DNA of 63,667 nt, counting the filler. It is 11 parts of 11 records of this genome, joined end to end, with 100 filler letters (N's around TTAATTAATTAA, not from the genome) between each part and the next. Parts side by side here need not be neighbours in the genome. Positions count along the whole stretch, not along the records: positions 31,993 to 45,042 come from SRR7504441_7822; 10 more parts are not named here. One strand, written 5' to 3'. The notes below the pieces were generated by a model, which saw only the letters and a program-made list of their open reading frames with translations, ran no database searches and had not been told where the DNA came from. This document shows, in pieces, positions 34,732-44,762 of the stretch. Each line of letters opens with the position of its first letter. Position 1 is the first letter of the stretch. Position numbers and translations under genes: made by a program.

Positions 34732-37309
34732 ATGGACCTTTCGGACGGGCTCTCCGACGATGGGTTTCCTGGACTGGCTTGTTCTGACTCGTTCTTAGAC
34801 GAAGTGCTGGCCGCCACCAAGCGGGCAGAAAGTCACCGGCTGCCGCCAGCGTCCGCCGAGCAGGCCGCAGTGGTGCAGGATCTGCAGGCAGGCTGCTGCG
34901 TCGCTGTCGACAGCGTGGCCGGCTCGGGTAAGACAACGACAATGCTGCTGGCGTGCAGCGCACTCAAGCGGAGGGCGCTCGTGGTGACGTACAACCGGGC
35001 GCTGGCGGACGGCTGCAACGCGCGGATCGAGCAGCTGAAGCTCAACGCCAGGTGCTACACTTACCATGCGCTGGTGGGGCGCTCGGCCCAAGCGTCATGT
35101 AAGGACGACGCAGAGCTGCTTAGAATAGTCGCAAGATGGGACAAGGGCGAGGCTGTGAAGCGGCCACCTGAGGAGGACCTGGTACTTTTGGACGAAGTGC
35201 AGGACCTCAGGCCGAGCTTTGCACAGGCGCTGGTCCATGTGCTCGGGGCACGGTCCGAAGGTCCGTTGCAGATGATGGTGGTGGGCGATAATGATCAATT
35301 ATTATACGATTTCCACACCTATGGCCAGGACAAGGCCACTGCTGCGTACCTACAGCACCCGAAGCATTACTTTGGCCACCTGACCGGTAAGAAACCCTGG
35401 GTGCGCCGCACACTCAACACGTCATATAGACTTACACCTCACATAGCCTCATTCGTGAATGCGATATGGGGGACCACAATCATTCCAGGAAACCGAACAA
35501 GCCAGAATGAGCCAGTTCAGTACTGGTGTAAATATCCCTTCCCGCAAAGCGAGTCGTGGCAGACTGATAGCCTTTGCACCGATTGGCTCGAGGAAATTAT
35601 CAAAGGTGCCCCCACTTCTGGTCTCACATTTTGACTGCTTTCACAGAACACGGTTCGGAGAACGTGATGATGCTTGCTCAGAGTATCAAGAGTGAAAAAT
35701 CGCCTATCATGGTACAGATGAATGAGCTCTCGGCCCGAGGGTACTGTTTTCTGGTCCGTGACCACGAACGAGGCTTTGAAAACAACAGCGATTATAAAAA
35801 CAAGACTCGGGTGGGCACGTTCTGCTCTTCCAAAGGCTGTGAGGCCGAAGCTGTGATCGTGTTTGGTTTTGATATGCGTGATGAGAACACAAAACCGCCG
35901 GTGGGTGTGCAGCCTAGAGCTACAATTGATAACTTCGCAGGGCAACCAGATGGGTGTGGCTCTGTCACGAGCCAGGAGCCGTCTATATGTGGTGCATGGT
36001 GGGAAATTTACCAAGGGTGAATTCGAACCTTACAGGTACTTTCCTTGCTGTGGCAGGGAGGACGTCACACGTGCATCCGATGAAGCCCATGCTAGAATCA
36101 TGGGACTGCTAGCAGCAGGGGTAATCGACGGCAATCCTCCCGAGGAAACCTGTGCTGATTCTGAGATAGATTCCATATTGATAGACGCAGTGGTGACAGA
36201 CTTCACCCACTTCTCTGCTTTGGAGCTCGAACGTTTTTTGCAGTATGCAACTTGGGAGATGGTGAATGGTGCCACAGTGGATATCCAGTATGAGACCCAA
36301 GTGCAGTGCGAGCGCACCATCGAAGATGTTAGTGCAATATATGGAGAGTGTGTCCCGCTGGTAATGCAGTGGCAGCGGATGGGCTTCTGTCCAAAGGTCG
36401 AGGACACTTTAATTGGGCCAATCGTGCTCGACAGTAGCTCTTGGTATTCACGGGATGAATTTGATCAGGAACTGGAAAGAAAGGAATGCTGCCCAAGCAA
36501 GGAATCTTCCAAGGCACTGGACCGACAATTTGGTGGCAAGAAAGTCAAGGGGCGCAAACTAATCAAGCTGGTGAATGAGGAGCTACGAATAGTGCGCCAA
36601 AGAGGCGATGGCAGGGTATCGGAGTATAGAGTCAAAGCTATGGAGACCCAGCTTTATGATACTTTGATACACGACCAGCTGAACATTGCCAAAGGGATGT
36701 ATGAAAAGGCTTGTGATTGTAATACTGCATCTTGGATGTATTTGGCCAATGTGTGCCTCGCTGTCGGCGGCTTTCATGAGGTGCCTCGCTAGGCAAGGCA
36801 ACGCTAACCGTGAGGCCTAGGTGCTTCGACAAGTTGGCAGGCACACAACGTACAACGAATGGGTAAATGAAGGAGCGGTTGCTGAAGGTGTTAAGCAACT
36901 GGAGCTTTGTCTTGAGCAAGGGAGAGAAGGTGCCTTTGAGCAGCCATTGGAATACGCATTTAAGCCTCCCATTCAAGGACGGAGAAAAGAGGAGGTCTTG
37001 ACAATCTCTGGAATTGCGGACTGGGTTAGTGATGCAAGCAACTCCTGTGAGCTTATGGAGTTCAAATTTGTCAAAGAACTGTCGAACGAACACAAGCTAC
37101 AAGTGCTGCTCTATGCAGCCTTGCGTGCGGTGGAGCTCAGTACGACTTGCAATGGTGCCTTGTTTAATGCTAGAACAGGAGAGAAGGTCGCATTGAGTAT
37201 TGACCCCAAGCGTGCTTTGGAACTGCTGCATGAAATTGTGGTATTCAAATACGGTAATTCATCGCGCAAACGAAAATTGGGTGTGAGACGACCCGGCCAA
37301 CTAGTTTGA
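34732..37309 (+). CDS. SF1 (UvrD/Rep-like) helicase fused to a C-terminal PD-(D/E)XK nuclease (3 introns)
   Basis: SVAGSGKTTT, VTYNRAL, TYHAL, LLDEVQD, VGDNDQLLYDF, SYRLT, TFCSSKGCE, VALSRAR; C-term ISGIAD...MEFKFVKELSNEHKLQVLLYA. Confidence 0.85.
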
Positions 37310-37481
37310 ATCAAACAACTTATATAATTAAATGAATCGTACTCGTAATAATCTACGGCCTGGAGCGGGTAGGGACCCTAGTCGGCGTAAAGAGCACCAA
37401 GTTTAAGCTTACAAGTTTTACAAGTTTAACTCTTTGAACATGCGCTTGTGGCCAGTGACAACTGCTCTAAGGGCTGAGTGT

Positions 37482-38888
37482 TCATGAAATTTCTTCACGT
37501 AATTCCTCCAATATTTTCGCCAGCTGGTTAGCTCCGGCCCCTTTACGTGGACAAAATCCCCAATATCGATCCCCTTTGATTGAAACTAGTGGATGGGGGT
37601 AGGTCGAGGCCAACAACTCACGTAATCGTGGCTCTTCGAACTTAGCCGTTAGTGCTGCGCGCATCACACGATCTCTCATCCCTTGCCCATCTGCAGTGCC
37701 GTTCCACAGCTCCTTGTCAAATGGCACTGGCTTCTGTTCATGATAGAACAATTCAGTTGGGCCAGTTGGCCCTCCTTTGCAATACTTGCGGCCGTTAATC
37801 ACCAATGGCTGCTCCGAGTCAAACTTCCACGTAGAGTGCACATTTTCAAATTCGGTGGCCCATACGAAGTCGTCTCCGAAACACGCAGCAGCTTTATCCA
37901 GGCCCTGCTCACTGTACCCCAACGCACGTGCCACCTGTCTCCAAGGCCCCCAGCAGGGCAAGTGTTCCACCCATCCATTGAGCGCTTTGACCTTGGATCG
38001 GATCACACCCGCCTGTTCAGCTGAGAGATAGTAGTAAGGCTCGGTGAGCACAGCAGGCAGCTGCTTGTAAAGCACGGCACCCGGCAGCGGTATCGCCTTA
38101 GTCGGCTCAGCTTCACATGGCGCTGGCTCCCCCTCCTCAATGCTCAGCTGCGAGCAATGGGATTCGCCATACTCGTATTTCTCGTTCAAGCCTAAGCTAA
38201 TTCCTCCTTCAGCCCGGCCGGTCAGAAAGCTCATCCGGACCCTGAGCATGTCCCTGCTGCTCTGGCCCGGCCTCCTGCAAACTAGCCGCAGCGGCCGCTT
38301 CTCCAGCAACATCCGGATCTGCGACTGTGTCTCGCCCTCGACCATCCTGTTGTTGCATTTGACAAGCACGTCTCCTGAGCGCACACCGTGCTCATGTGCC
38401 AACCCGCCTGGCTGCACGCGCTTTATTGTGTACCCTGTAGCTGCCACATCGATGGCTGCACGCAGCGGCCCCTTCTCGTGCCGGGATAGCTCCGCAACCA
38501 CTATCACCTCGGGATCAGCTGTGCCAAAGGTGCAATTCTTGCCGTCCCACTCTACTGGCCGCCACCGTCCCTGTTCAGAGTGATCGTGGATCAGATGCAC
38601 CCGGTCAGCGGACAACCTAAATGTGAGGGAGGTCCAGACCGCCCTGAACCGGATGTCCCGCAAGGTGAAGTGGTGGAGGCCATCGTAGGGATAAACAAAC
38701 TGGTAGATGATCTCGAGTATCCTGGGAACAGCCAGTACATGTGCGGACGCGGCCGTGTCACGGGTGCACAGGATAAAGTTGAGCATCGGTCGAACAGCTG
38801 GCGGGGGAGAGTATGCTTCCCATTGTCTGTGCACGCGCTGATACACGCCCTCGGGCGGACCCTTTTCCGTGTCCTCAGGCCTCGGCAT
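37482..38888 (-). CDS. PDZ domain + NADAR (YbiA-like) domain protein
   Basis: PDZ: TIKRVQPGGLAHEHGVRSGDVLVKCNN..RPLRL. NADAR: INGRKY..TELFYHEQK..W..RDRVMRAALTAKF..LRELLAST..DRYWG..GAGANQLAKILEELRE. Intronless. Confidence 0.75.
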   Translation of the reverse strand: MPRPEDTEKGPPEGVYQRVHRQWEAYSPPPAVRPMLNFILCTRDTAASAHVLAVPRILEIIYQFVYPYDGLHHFTLRDIRFRAVWTSLTFRLSADRVHLIHDHSEQGRWRPVEWDGKNCTFGTADPEVIVVAELSRHEKGPLRAAIDVAATGYTIKRVQPGGLAHEHGVRSGDVLVKCNNRMVEGETQSQIRMLLEKRPLRLVCRRPGQSSRDMLRVRMSFLTGRAEGGISLGLNEKYEYGESHCSQLSIEEGEPAPCEAEPTKAIPLPGAVLYKQLPAVLTEPYYYLSAEQAGVIRSKVKALNGWVEHLPCWGPWRQVARALGYSEQGLDKAAACFGDDFVWATEFENVHSTWKFDSEQPLVINGRKYCKGGPTGPTELFYHEQKPVPFDKELWNGTADGQGMRDRVMRAALTAKFEEPRLRELLASTYPHPLVSIKGDRYWGFCPRKGAGANQLAKILEELREEIS

Positions 38889-38916
38889 CTGTTCAGAGCT
38901 ACCGTAGCTCGCCTTC

Positions 38917-38961
38917 TACCGGTCAGCCAGCTCGCCCTCCCCTTATACCGGTCAGCCAGCA
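38917..38961. repeat. 15-bp direct repeat upstream of the PDZ-NADAR gene
   Basis: TACCGGTCAGCCAGC at about 38917-38931 and 38947-38961. Confidence 0.7.
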
Positions 38962-39124
38962 GTCCTACAGCTGTACTAGGTTCCGGCGGATAAAATAAAT
39001 ATTTTATGATATGCCGACAATTTACGGACATGCGTCAACGTGCTGTGACAAATTACACCCCACAGGCTGCCAGGTCATCTCTCCGCCTTTCAATGGGTTT
39101 ATCTTGGGTTGCTCGCCTAGTCGA

Positions 39125-40783
39125 CTATTTGTCGGCCCCGAGCTCGATTGGCAGCCCGGTAGCCCGGTCTATTAGCGTTTCCTCCGTCGGGAGCACTTGC
39201 GCCCCGCCTCCGGTGCAAGTCGAGTACATGTACTTGACAGGCGTTGCCACCTGCCCGGCCAGTTGGCCCGGATGGCTTGACCCGGCCTACCGATGAGTCG
39301 TGGAATCGGTCGCACGCTGCTGCAAGCTCGGGCGCGACCCCTACCGCCATCGCTTGGGCATACGCCTGGTCGTCGTTCATCGGGCAGTCAAAGTACCGTT
39401 TCATCAGGGCAGTGAGCTCATTCAAGTGCGGCTCAGTGGTGTAAATCACAGCATTCGGGCCAGCATCAAATGTGTACGCTGCGCGGATCTGCGGCTGCAC
39501 TCAGCACAGCAGAGCGACGGGGCTCACACACCTCCTGTGCCCAGTCGTTGTATGCGTGCACCATGTTGATAATCGAACGCGAGGTGTCGTTCATATAGAA
39601 GATCGGTGGATACCTGTGCCCGTGGGTTGCGCCGGCCCGCCCAATCAAGGCTCACGTATCAAGGCAGGTCGCGTGAAACTGGTTGCTATCCTGCATTGTG
39701 ATCCGACCAAAGGTGCCAAAGTCTTTGGCCAAGAAGGCCGCTTTGAGTTCTTCCAGCCGACCGGGCACAATGCAGCTGGCCCGGTGCCGGAGCAGCTCTG
39801 AGGTCGCCACGCTCGTGCCCATCCCCGCGGTGCTAGAGGTGCCCTTCTTGGCATCGGAGACCACAAGAATCAACGCCCGAATCTCTGGCCAGTGGTGCTG
39901 CCCCCAGCCGTCAGCCAGCAGCCGGCTGGTCAGTTGCCTCATCAGCGATTTGCTTGGCAATGCTGTCACTCCCGTCTTCCATCTCGCCAGCAGTCCACTC
40001 GACCAGACCACCGTACAGACTCCGGCTTGCTGAGCCACTCCCTTGCCGGGCAATCGCCGTCAGCTGCCCTGGGAATTCCTCCTCCGCAGCGAACAGCTCG
40101 GCGAGCGCTTTGGTCAGCGCAGCGTACCCAGCAGCCGACGAGGCGAGCCCGGCCGCAGTAGGAAAAGTATTCTTGGACACAACGTGCACCTTGTACAGCG
40201 GCCAGTCGGCCTTGCGTACCAGCACCCCCGAGTACGCATCCCGTTTATCCTGCCCGGGGCGGTCAGCTGCCGCCAGCCGGCAGGAGTCACCTGAGCCAGC
40301 CGGCGGACGGCTGCGAGCACAGTCTGGAACCGCTTGTTGTTGCTCACATCCTCCTCGACCCCGTTGAGCCAGAGCCGATCGCTCTCGTAGTCGGGCGAGG
40401 CCGCCGCGCTGGTGATGGCCCGAAGGTGCCGTTGGTCGAGCGTCAGGCTGGCGCTGCTGTTGATGGGGGTGTTGAGTCCGGCGTCTTTCTTACCCCAGTA
40501 CCTGCGGCCCGGCTGAGCCGCACGGCCGGCCGACGGGCGACTTGATCACGGCGATGTTGGTCGGGGCCGAGACGTGGGCGTGCACCGTCTTCTTCCCGGG
40601 TGAGTTGCGGATCTTGCATTCGTCATATGTCCGGTGCTTGTCGTCGTCTCGCCGCTCTGTCCTGGCCGCCGGAGGTCAGCTAGGGCGTTGGGCGGGGGGA
40701 GCGGGCCTGGAGTTGTGGCTTGGCGTGTTGGCCAGCAGCGACGACATGTTCCAGCCCAGCGTCTTGCCCTTGTCGGCGGCCAT
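39125..40783 (-). CDS. MVD: Diphosphomevalonate decarboxylase (7 introns)
   Basis: [73 protein letters not shown] after splicing. Confidence 0.95.
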
Positions 40784-40876
40784 GATCGATCGGTCGCTTC
40801 AAGCTGTAACGGACTTACGAAGCTCAGTGCTCGACTGGACGGTGGCACCGGCAGCCGGTGGGCCATGGGCCTGTGC

Positions 40877-41502
40877 ATGTCCGAGGAGGACTGGGAGTCG
40901 GGCATGGGCTACGACGAGTGCCCCGTGGGGCTGGCCTGGCCCGACTTGCTGCAGGGAGAAGGCGATCCAGGACCAGAAGGAGCGTGACGCCCTGGCGCAT
41001 CGGTGAGCCAACCGGCCAACTCGGCGGCCAGCCGGCTGCAGCCAAAACCTCAAGCTGAAACGCGAGCTGGCGGCCAACAAGCGGGTGCGCCGTCTGCCGT
41101 TCCGCCGGTGCGAGCCGGCCGTCAGGAGGAGATGCGCGAGAACGCGTTCGAACTGGACCTGAATGTGGTACGCGCCGACACCGGTCGGTCGGGGGGGCTG
41201 GGCTGTCGGGAGCGCCGGGGCAGGCAAAACCTACCCGATGCAGGTGCTCGGGTACGAGACAGTGGCGGTGCTCAAGGTGGGCTAGTGGGCGGCGGGGCGG
41301 AGGGCCGGGCAGAACCGGCTCCAGCTGCTGATGCGGGACACCCCGCTGCTGTACGAGCCCGTATTGTACTATAAAGGGCTTCCGATGCTCGACGGGCGCA
41401 CGTTCAGAGTGCCTGGCCGGCCCGGGACCGGCTGACCGGTCGTAGGAGCTGCAGGTGCGGAACCAGAGCACGCTGAGGATGGAACTGTCAGAGATAGGCT
41501 GA
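40877..41502 (+). CDS. Small protein with C-terminal ubiquitin-like domain (6 introns)
   Basis: Spliced product ...ELDLNVVRADTGKTYPMQVLGYETVAVLKNRLQ...LYYKGLPMLDGRTFRELQVRNQSTLRM matches the beta-grasp pattern. Confidence 0.7.
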
Positions 41503-41591
41503 TTGCAATAAACCAGGTTTGGTATATACATATCGTTGGAACACACCCACGAGCGCATAGGGTTGCTCACTCAATTCCGACCGATTTAGAA

Positions 41592-42392
41592 TCATAACTC
41601 CCTCCGATTATCTAGTCTGAGCAAATGGCACTCCATACTCTTTGCTAGCTTACCGCCCACTGGCATCGCGTGCAGCTCCGCACTGGCGTCCTGCAGCCGA
41701 AAGTACCTCGGTGCCTCCCGGAGCAGCGCTGCGTGTGCGTCCGGGCAGCGTGTCTGCAGGCAAAGGTACACCTGTGTCTCGGGCCCAGCCAGTGCGTGAG
41801 CGGTCTCTAGCAGTGGGCGGACCAGCTTGACGCTGAACACCACGTCCGTCCCCACGATGAGCCCCGGCCCCGGCTCTAGCCCGGCCCTGTCCTCCGGCTG
41901 GTCCCATCGGAGCACGGCGCTCTCGGCGCTCCCTCGGGTCATCCGGGGCTGGTTTTGGCTTATATTTGCCTCAATATTGCGGGTGGCCAGCGGCATGTCG
42001 GTCAGCACGCCCCGGGCGCCCAGCTCCTGGCAAAGCACCAGCCCGAGCAGCCCGCAGCCGGCCCCGAGTTCCAGCAGCCGCTCCGGCGGCGGCCGCCCAC
42101 TGTACATCCGGACTAAATAGCCGGCCAGCAGGAAGGCAGTCTCCCACACAATCCCACCGGTCTGCGGGACGCCCTCCCCGTGTATTGACCTATCCTGCGC
42201 GATCGCCAGCTCCACCCCTCCCGAGCACTTGTACCGGACCGTGTCCGCATTGGCCAGCTCGAAGAAGAAGCCCGGCCCGTCCTGCTCGTCGACCAGGCAG
42301 CCTGGGTCAAACAGCGCCCGGATCCGCTTGGCGCTGGCCGCCGGCTGATCCCCCCCCCGCTTCCGCTTATTGGCGTGCCGTTTCTTGCCCAT
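41592..42392 (-). CDS. Seven-beta-strand protein methyltransferase, Methyltransf_16 / METTL21-like
   Basis: TGGIVWETAFLLAGYL, LLELGAGCGLLGL, VLTD, LRWD, IVGTDVVF; intronless. Confidence 0.85.
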   Translation of the reverse strand: MGKKRHANKRKRGGDQPAASAKRIRALFDPGCLVDEQDGPGFFFELANADTVRYKCSGGVELAIAQDRSIHGEGVPQTGGIVWETAFLLAGYLVRMYSGRPPPERLLELGAGCGLLGLVLCQELGARGVLTDMPLATRNIEANISQNQPRMTRGSAESAVLRWDQPEDRAGLEPGPGLIVGTDVVFSVKLVRPLLETAHALAGPETQVYLCLQTRCPDAHAALLREAPRYFRLQDASAELHAMPVGGKLAKSMECHLLRLDNRREL

Positions 42393-42426
42393 CTAAACCC
42401 GTGCCACTGGGCGGCGTCCAAGCGCG

Positions 42427-42447
42427 TGCCGTTACCAAGTAACGGCA
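42427..42447. promoter_or_regulatory. Inverted pair of Myb-like TAACGG sites in a 60-bp bidirectional promoter
   Basis: TGCCGTTAC-CAA-GTAACGGCA, a perfect 9-bp inverted repeat between ATGs 42392 (-) and 42453 (+). Confidence 0.55.
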
Positions 42448-42452
42448 ATTTA

Positions 42453-44762
42453 ATGGCATTCAGAAGAGGTCTCTCTCGCTTCCTGGCATGTGTCTCTCTC
42501 GGGCTGCTGGCCCTCGCTGCGGCGGAGCTCTGCCCGATCCCGGCGTCACTGCAGCTGAACAAGCTGCAGCTGGCGCCGCCGACCGACTCGATCCACCCGG
42601 CCGCCGTCGCCAGCTGGCTCGGCGCCATGCAGCTGTGGCGCGAGAGCTGCCGGGCGAGTCTGCGGTTGGACCCGGCAATCTATTCAGTGCCCGGGCTGGG
42701 CTGGACCCAGACGGCCTACATGCAGCCGCTGGCGATGCCGTTCGACCGTTACTTCTACAACGACTCGCGCCAGGAGTACTCGGTCGACCGGTACTTGGAC
42801 TCGCTCGAGGAAGCGTACGGCGGGGTGGACGCGGTCTTGCTCTGGCCGACCTATACCAACATCGGGGCGGACGACCGGTCCCAATTTGAGATGATCCAGG
42901 CGCTGCCTGGCGGCGAGCCAGCGCTCAGGAAGGTAGTCGGGCAACTACACGCCCGGGGCGTCCATGTCCTATGGCCGTACAACCCGTGGGACCAGGGCAC
43001 CAACGGCGGGCACCCCACCAACAGCACCGCGGCCGGCGCGGCCGACGCGGCCCGGCTGGCCTCGTTGCTCTCTGCAACGGACTCTGACGGTTTCTTTGGT
43101 GACACGATCTCGTCTTCAGGCCTCGAGAAGTTTTACGAGGATTCAGTGGCTAGCGGGCGGCCCGCGGCGATTCAGCCCGAGGCGGGCGGGACCTTGGACA
43201 GCATGAACTACACCACGATCGGGTGGGGCTACTGGGGTCAGGTCGAAGGCCCGCCTCCGGTCGATTTACTCAAGTGGATTGAGCCCCGATGGATGACTCA
43301 GCCTTGCGCCCGATGGGAGCAAGACAAAAACAATTGGCTCCAAACTGGCTACTTTAATGGGGCCGGGTTCGAGACATGGCAGAACATCTGGGGCATCTGG
43401 AACGGAATCACGGCCCACGACGGCGAGGCGCTCCGGCGAGTCGGCTCAATTCTTCGGTTCTTTGGCTCACGAGGGTTTCTGACTAGTGCCGGTTGGCGAC
43501 CGCATGACCCGCTGGTCGGGGCCGAGCGGTGGCCGGTGTACGGGTCGGCATGGCCGGTCGGGGATGAGACGGTCTGGACGATGGTGAACCGTGGTGCCAA
43601 CCAGACAGCAGGCCCGCTGCTGGCTGTGGCTGCAAATGACACTCGACGGTACTGGGATTGCTATGGTGGGGCCCAGCTGCAGCCCAGCGGCGGGGCCGTC
43701 ACCGTGGTGATCGAAGCTCGTGGGTACGGCTGCATTCTGGCCACACCGAATGCGACACTGGATGCTGCCACAGCGGGATTCATGCAGAAGATGCGCCAAA
43801 TGACGGCTGGCCGCCCGCTGGCAGGATTCTCGACGACCTGGGCGCCGCTCCCACAGACCATCCGGCCGATTCCGCCTACTGCGCCGCATAGCGAGACGCC
43901 AGCCGGGATGGTAGAGATACCGGCCGTGCCGCAGTATCAGTTCGTGGTGCAAGGGGAGGAAATCGAGGGCGTCACGCTATTCCAGTTGAGCTGGACCTGG
44001 AACGGGCAGCGGGCGGTTGGAGTGGATGTTCAGTTCCCGTGGGAGCAATCGGCTCGGCCGTGGCACGCGCACAACCTTTCAGTGCCGCGCTTCTTCATCG
44101 ACCGCACACCGGTCACCCGAGCCGCCTACCAAAGCTACCTCCAAGAGAGCGGATACGCGCCCGCGGATTCTCACAACTATCTGCAAGGATGGAGCCATTC
44201 AGCTGGCCAGTGGATTGCGCCGGCAGCAGACCTACAGAAGCCGGTGACACACGTTAGCCTGGATGAGGCAAGGAAGTACTGCCGACACTACGGCAAGCGA
44301 CTGCCACACACCTGGGAGTGGCAGCTGGCAGCGCAGGGCACCGACGGCCGGAAATTCCCGTGGGGCAACGACCTTGCTGGACTGACTGATGGCGTCCGGT
44401 GCCCGCGGGTGCAGAACAGCACCAACGGACAGGCGATGGCGACACTGCTCTCGAATGTGACTGCGCACCCACAGGGAGCTAGCCCATATGGCGTGATGGA
44501 CATGGTTGGAAACGTCTGGCAGTACACAGATGAATTCTCAGACGTGCATACACGGGCTGTGCTCCTCCGCGGTGGCAGCGTGTACTACCCCCGTGTCCCG
44601 GCCGGTCAAAACTGGTATTTCCCGAACTCGGATCGGTCGTCGGCAGCGAAAGGCGAGCCGACGTTGGCGATGCGGGACTTGTCGACACATGGCAAATACT
44701 TTCTAATGAGCGACAGCTACGAGCGGGCGGGGACGATTGGGTTCCGTTGCGCGGCCGATTGA
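42453..44762 (+). CDS. Secreted protein with N-terminal glycoside-hydrolase-like region and C-terminal FGE/SUMF1-type domain
   Basis: Signal peptide; FFIDRTPVT, PVTHVSLDEARKYC..GKRLPHTWEWQLAAQG, FPWG, SPYGVMDMVGNVWQYT, LRGGS, IGFRCA; intronless. Confidence 0.8.
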   Translation: MAFRRGLSRFLACVSLGLLALAAAELCPIPASLQLNKLQLAPPTDSIHPAAVASWLGAMQLWRESCRASLRLDPAIYSVPGLGWTQTAYMQPLAMPFDRYFYNDSRQEYSVDRYLDSLEEAYGGVDAVLLWPTYTNIGADDRSQFEMIQALPGGEPALRKVVGQLHARGVHVLWPYNPWDQGTNGGHPTNSTAAGAADAARLASLLSATDSDGFFGDTISSSGLEKFYEDSVASGRPAAIQPEAGGTLDSMNYTTIGWGYWGQVEGPPPVDLLKWIEPRWMTQPCARWEQDKNNWLQTGYFNGAGFETWQNIWGIWNGITAHDGEALRRVGSILRFFGSRGFLTSAGWRPHDPLVGAERWPVYGSAWPVGDETVWTMVNRGANQTAGPLLAVAANDTRRYWDCYGGAQLQPSGGAVTVVIEARGYGCILATPNATLDAATAGFMQKMRQMTAGRPLAGFSTTWAPLPQTIRPIPPTAPHSETPAGMVEIPAVPQYQFVVQGEEIEGVTLFQLSWTWNGQRAVGVDVQFPWEQSARPWHAHNLSVPRFFIDRTPVTRAAYQSYLQESGYAPADSHNYLQGWSHSAGQWIAPAADLQKPVTHVSLDEARKYCRHYGKRLPHTWEWQLAAQGTDGRKFPWGNDLAGLTDGVRCPRVQNSTNGQAMATLLSNVTAHPQGASPYGVMDMVGNVWQYTDEFSDVHTRAVLLRGGSVYYPRVPAGQNWYFPNSDRSSAAKGEPTLAMRDLSTHGKYFLMSDSYERAGTIGFRCAAD

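Noticed and set aside
40877-41502. Introner-type transposons as the source of the uniform introns
   Set aside because: The introns share length and composition but not sequence, and I saw no consistent terminal inverted repeats or target-site duplications. A genome-wide all-versus-all comparison would be needed to exclude old families.
43900-44762. Diversity-generating retroelement target (FGE/C-type-lectin fold)
   Set aside because: No template repeat or reverse transcriptase is visible on the contig.
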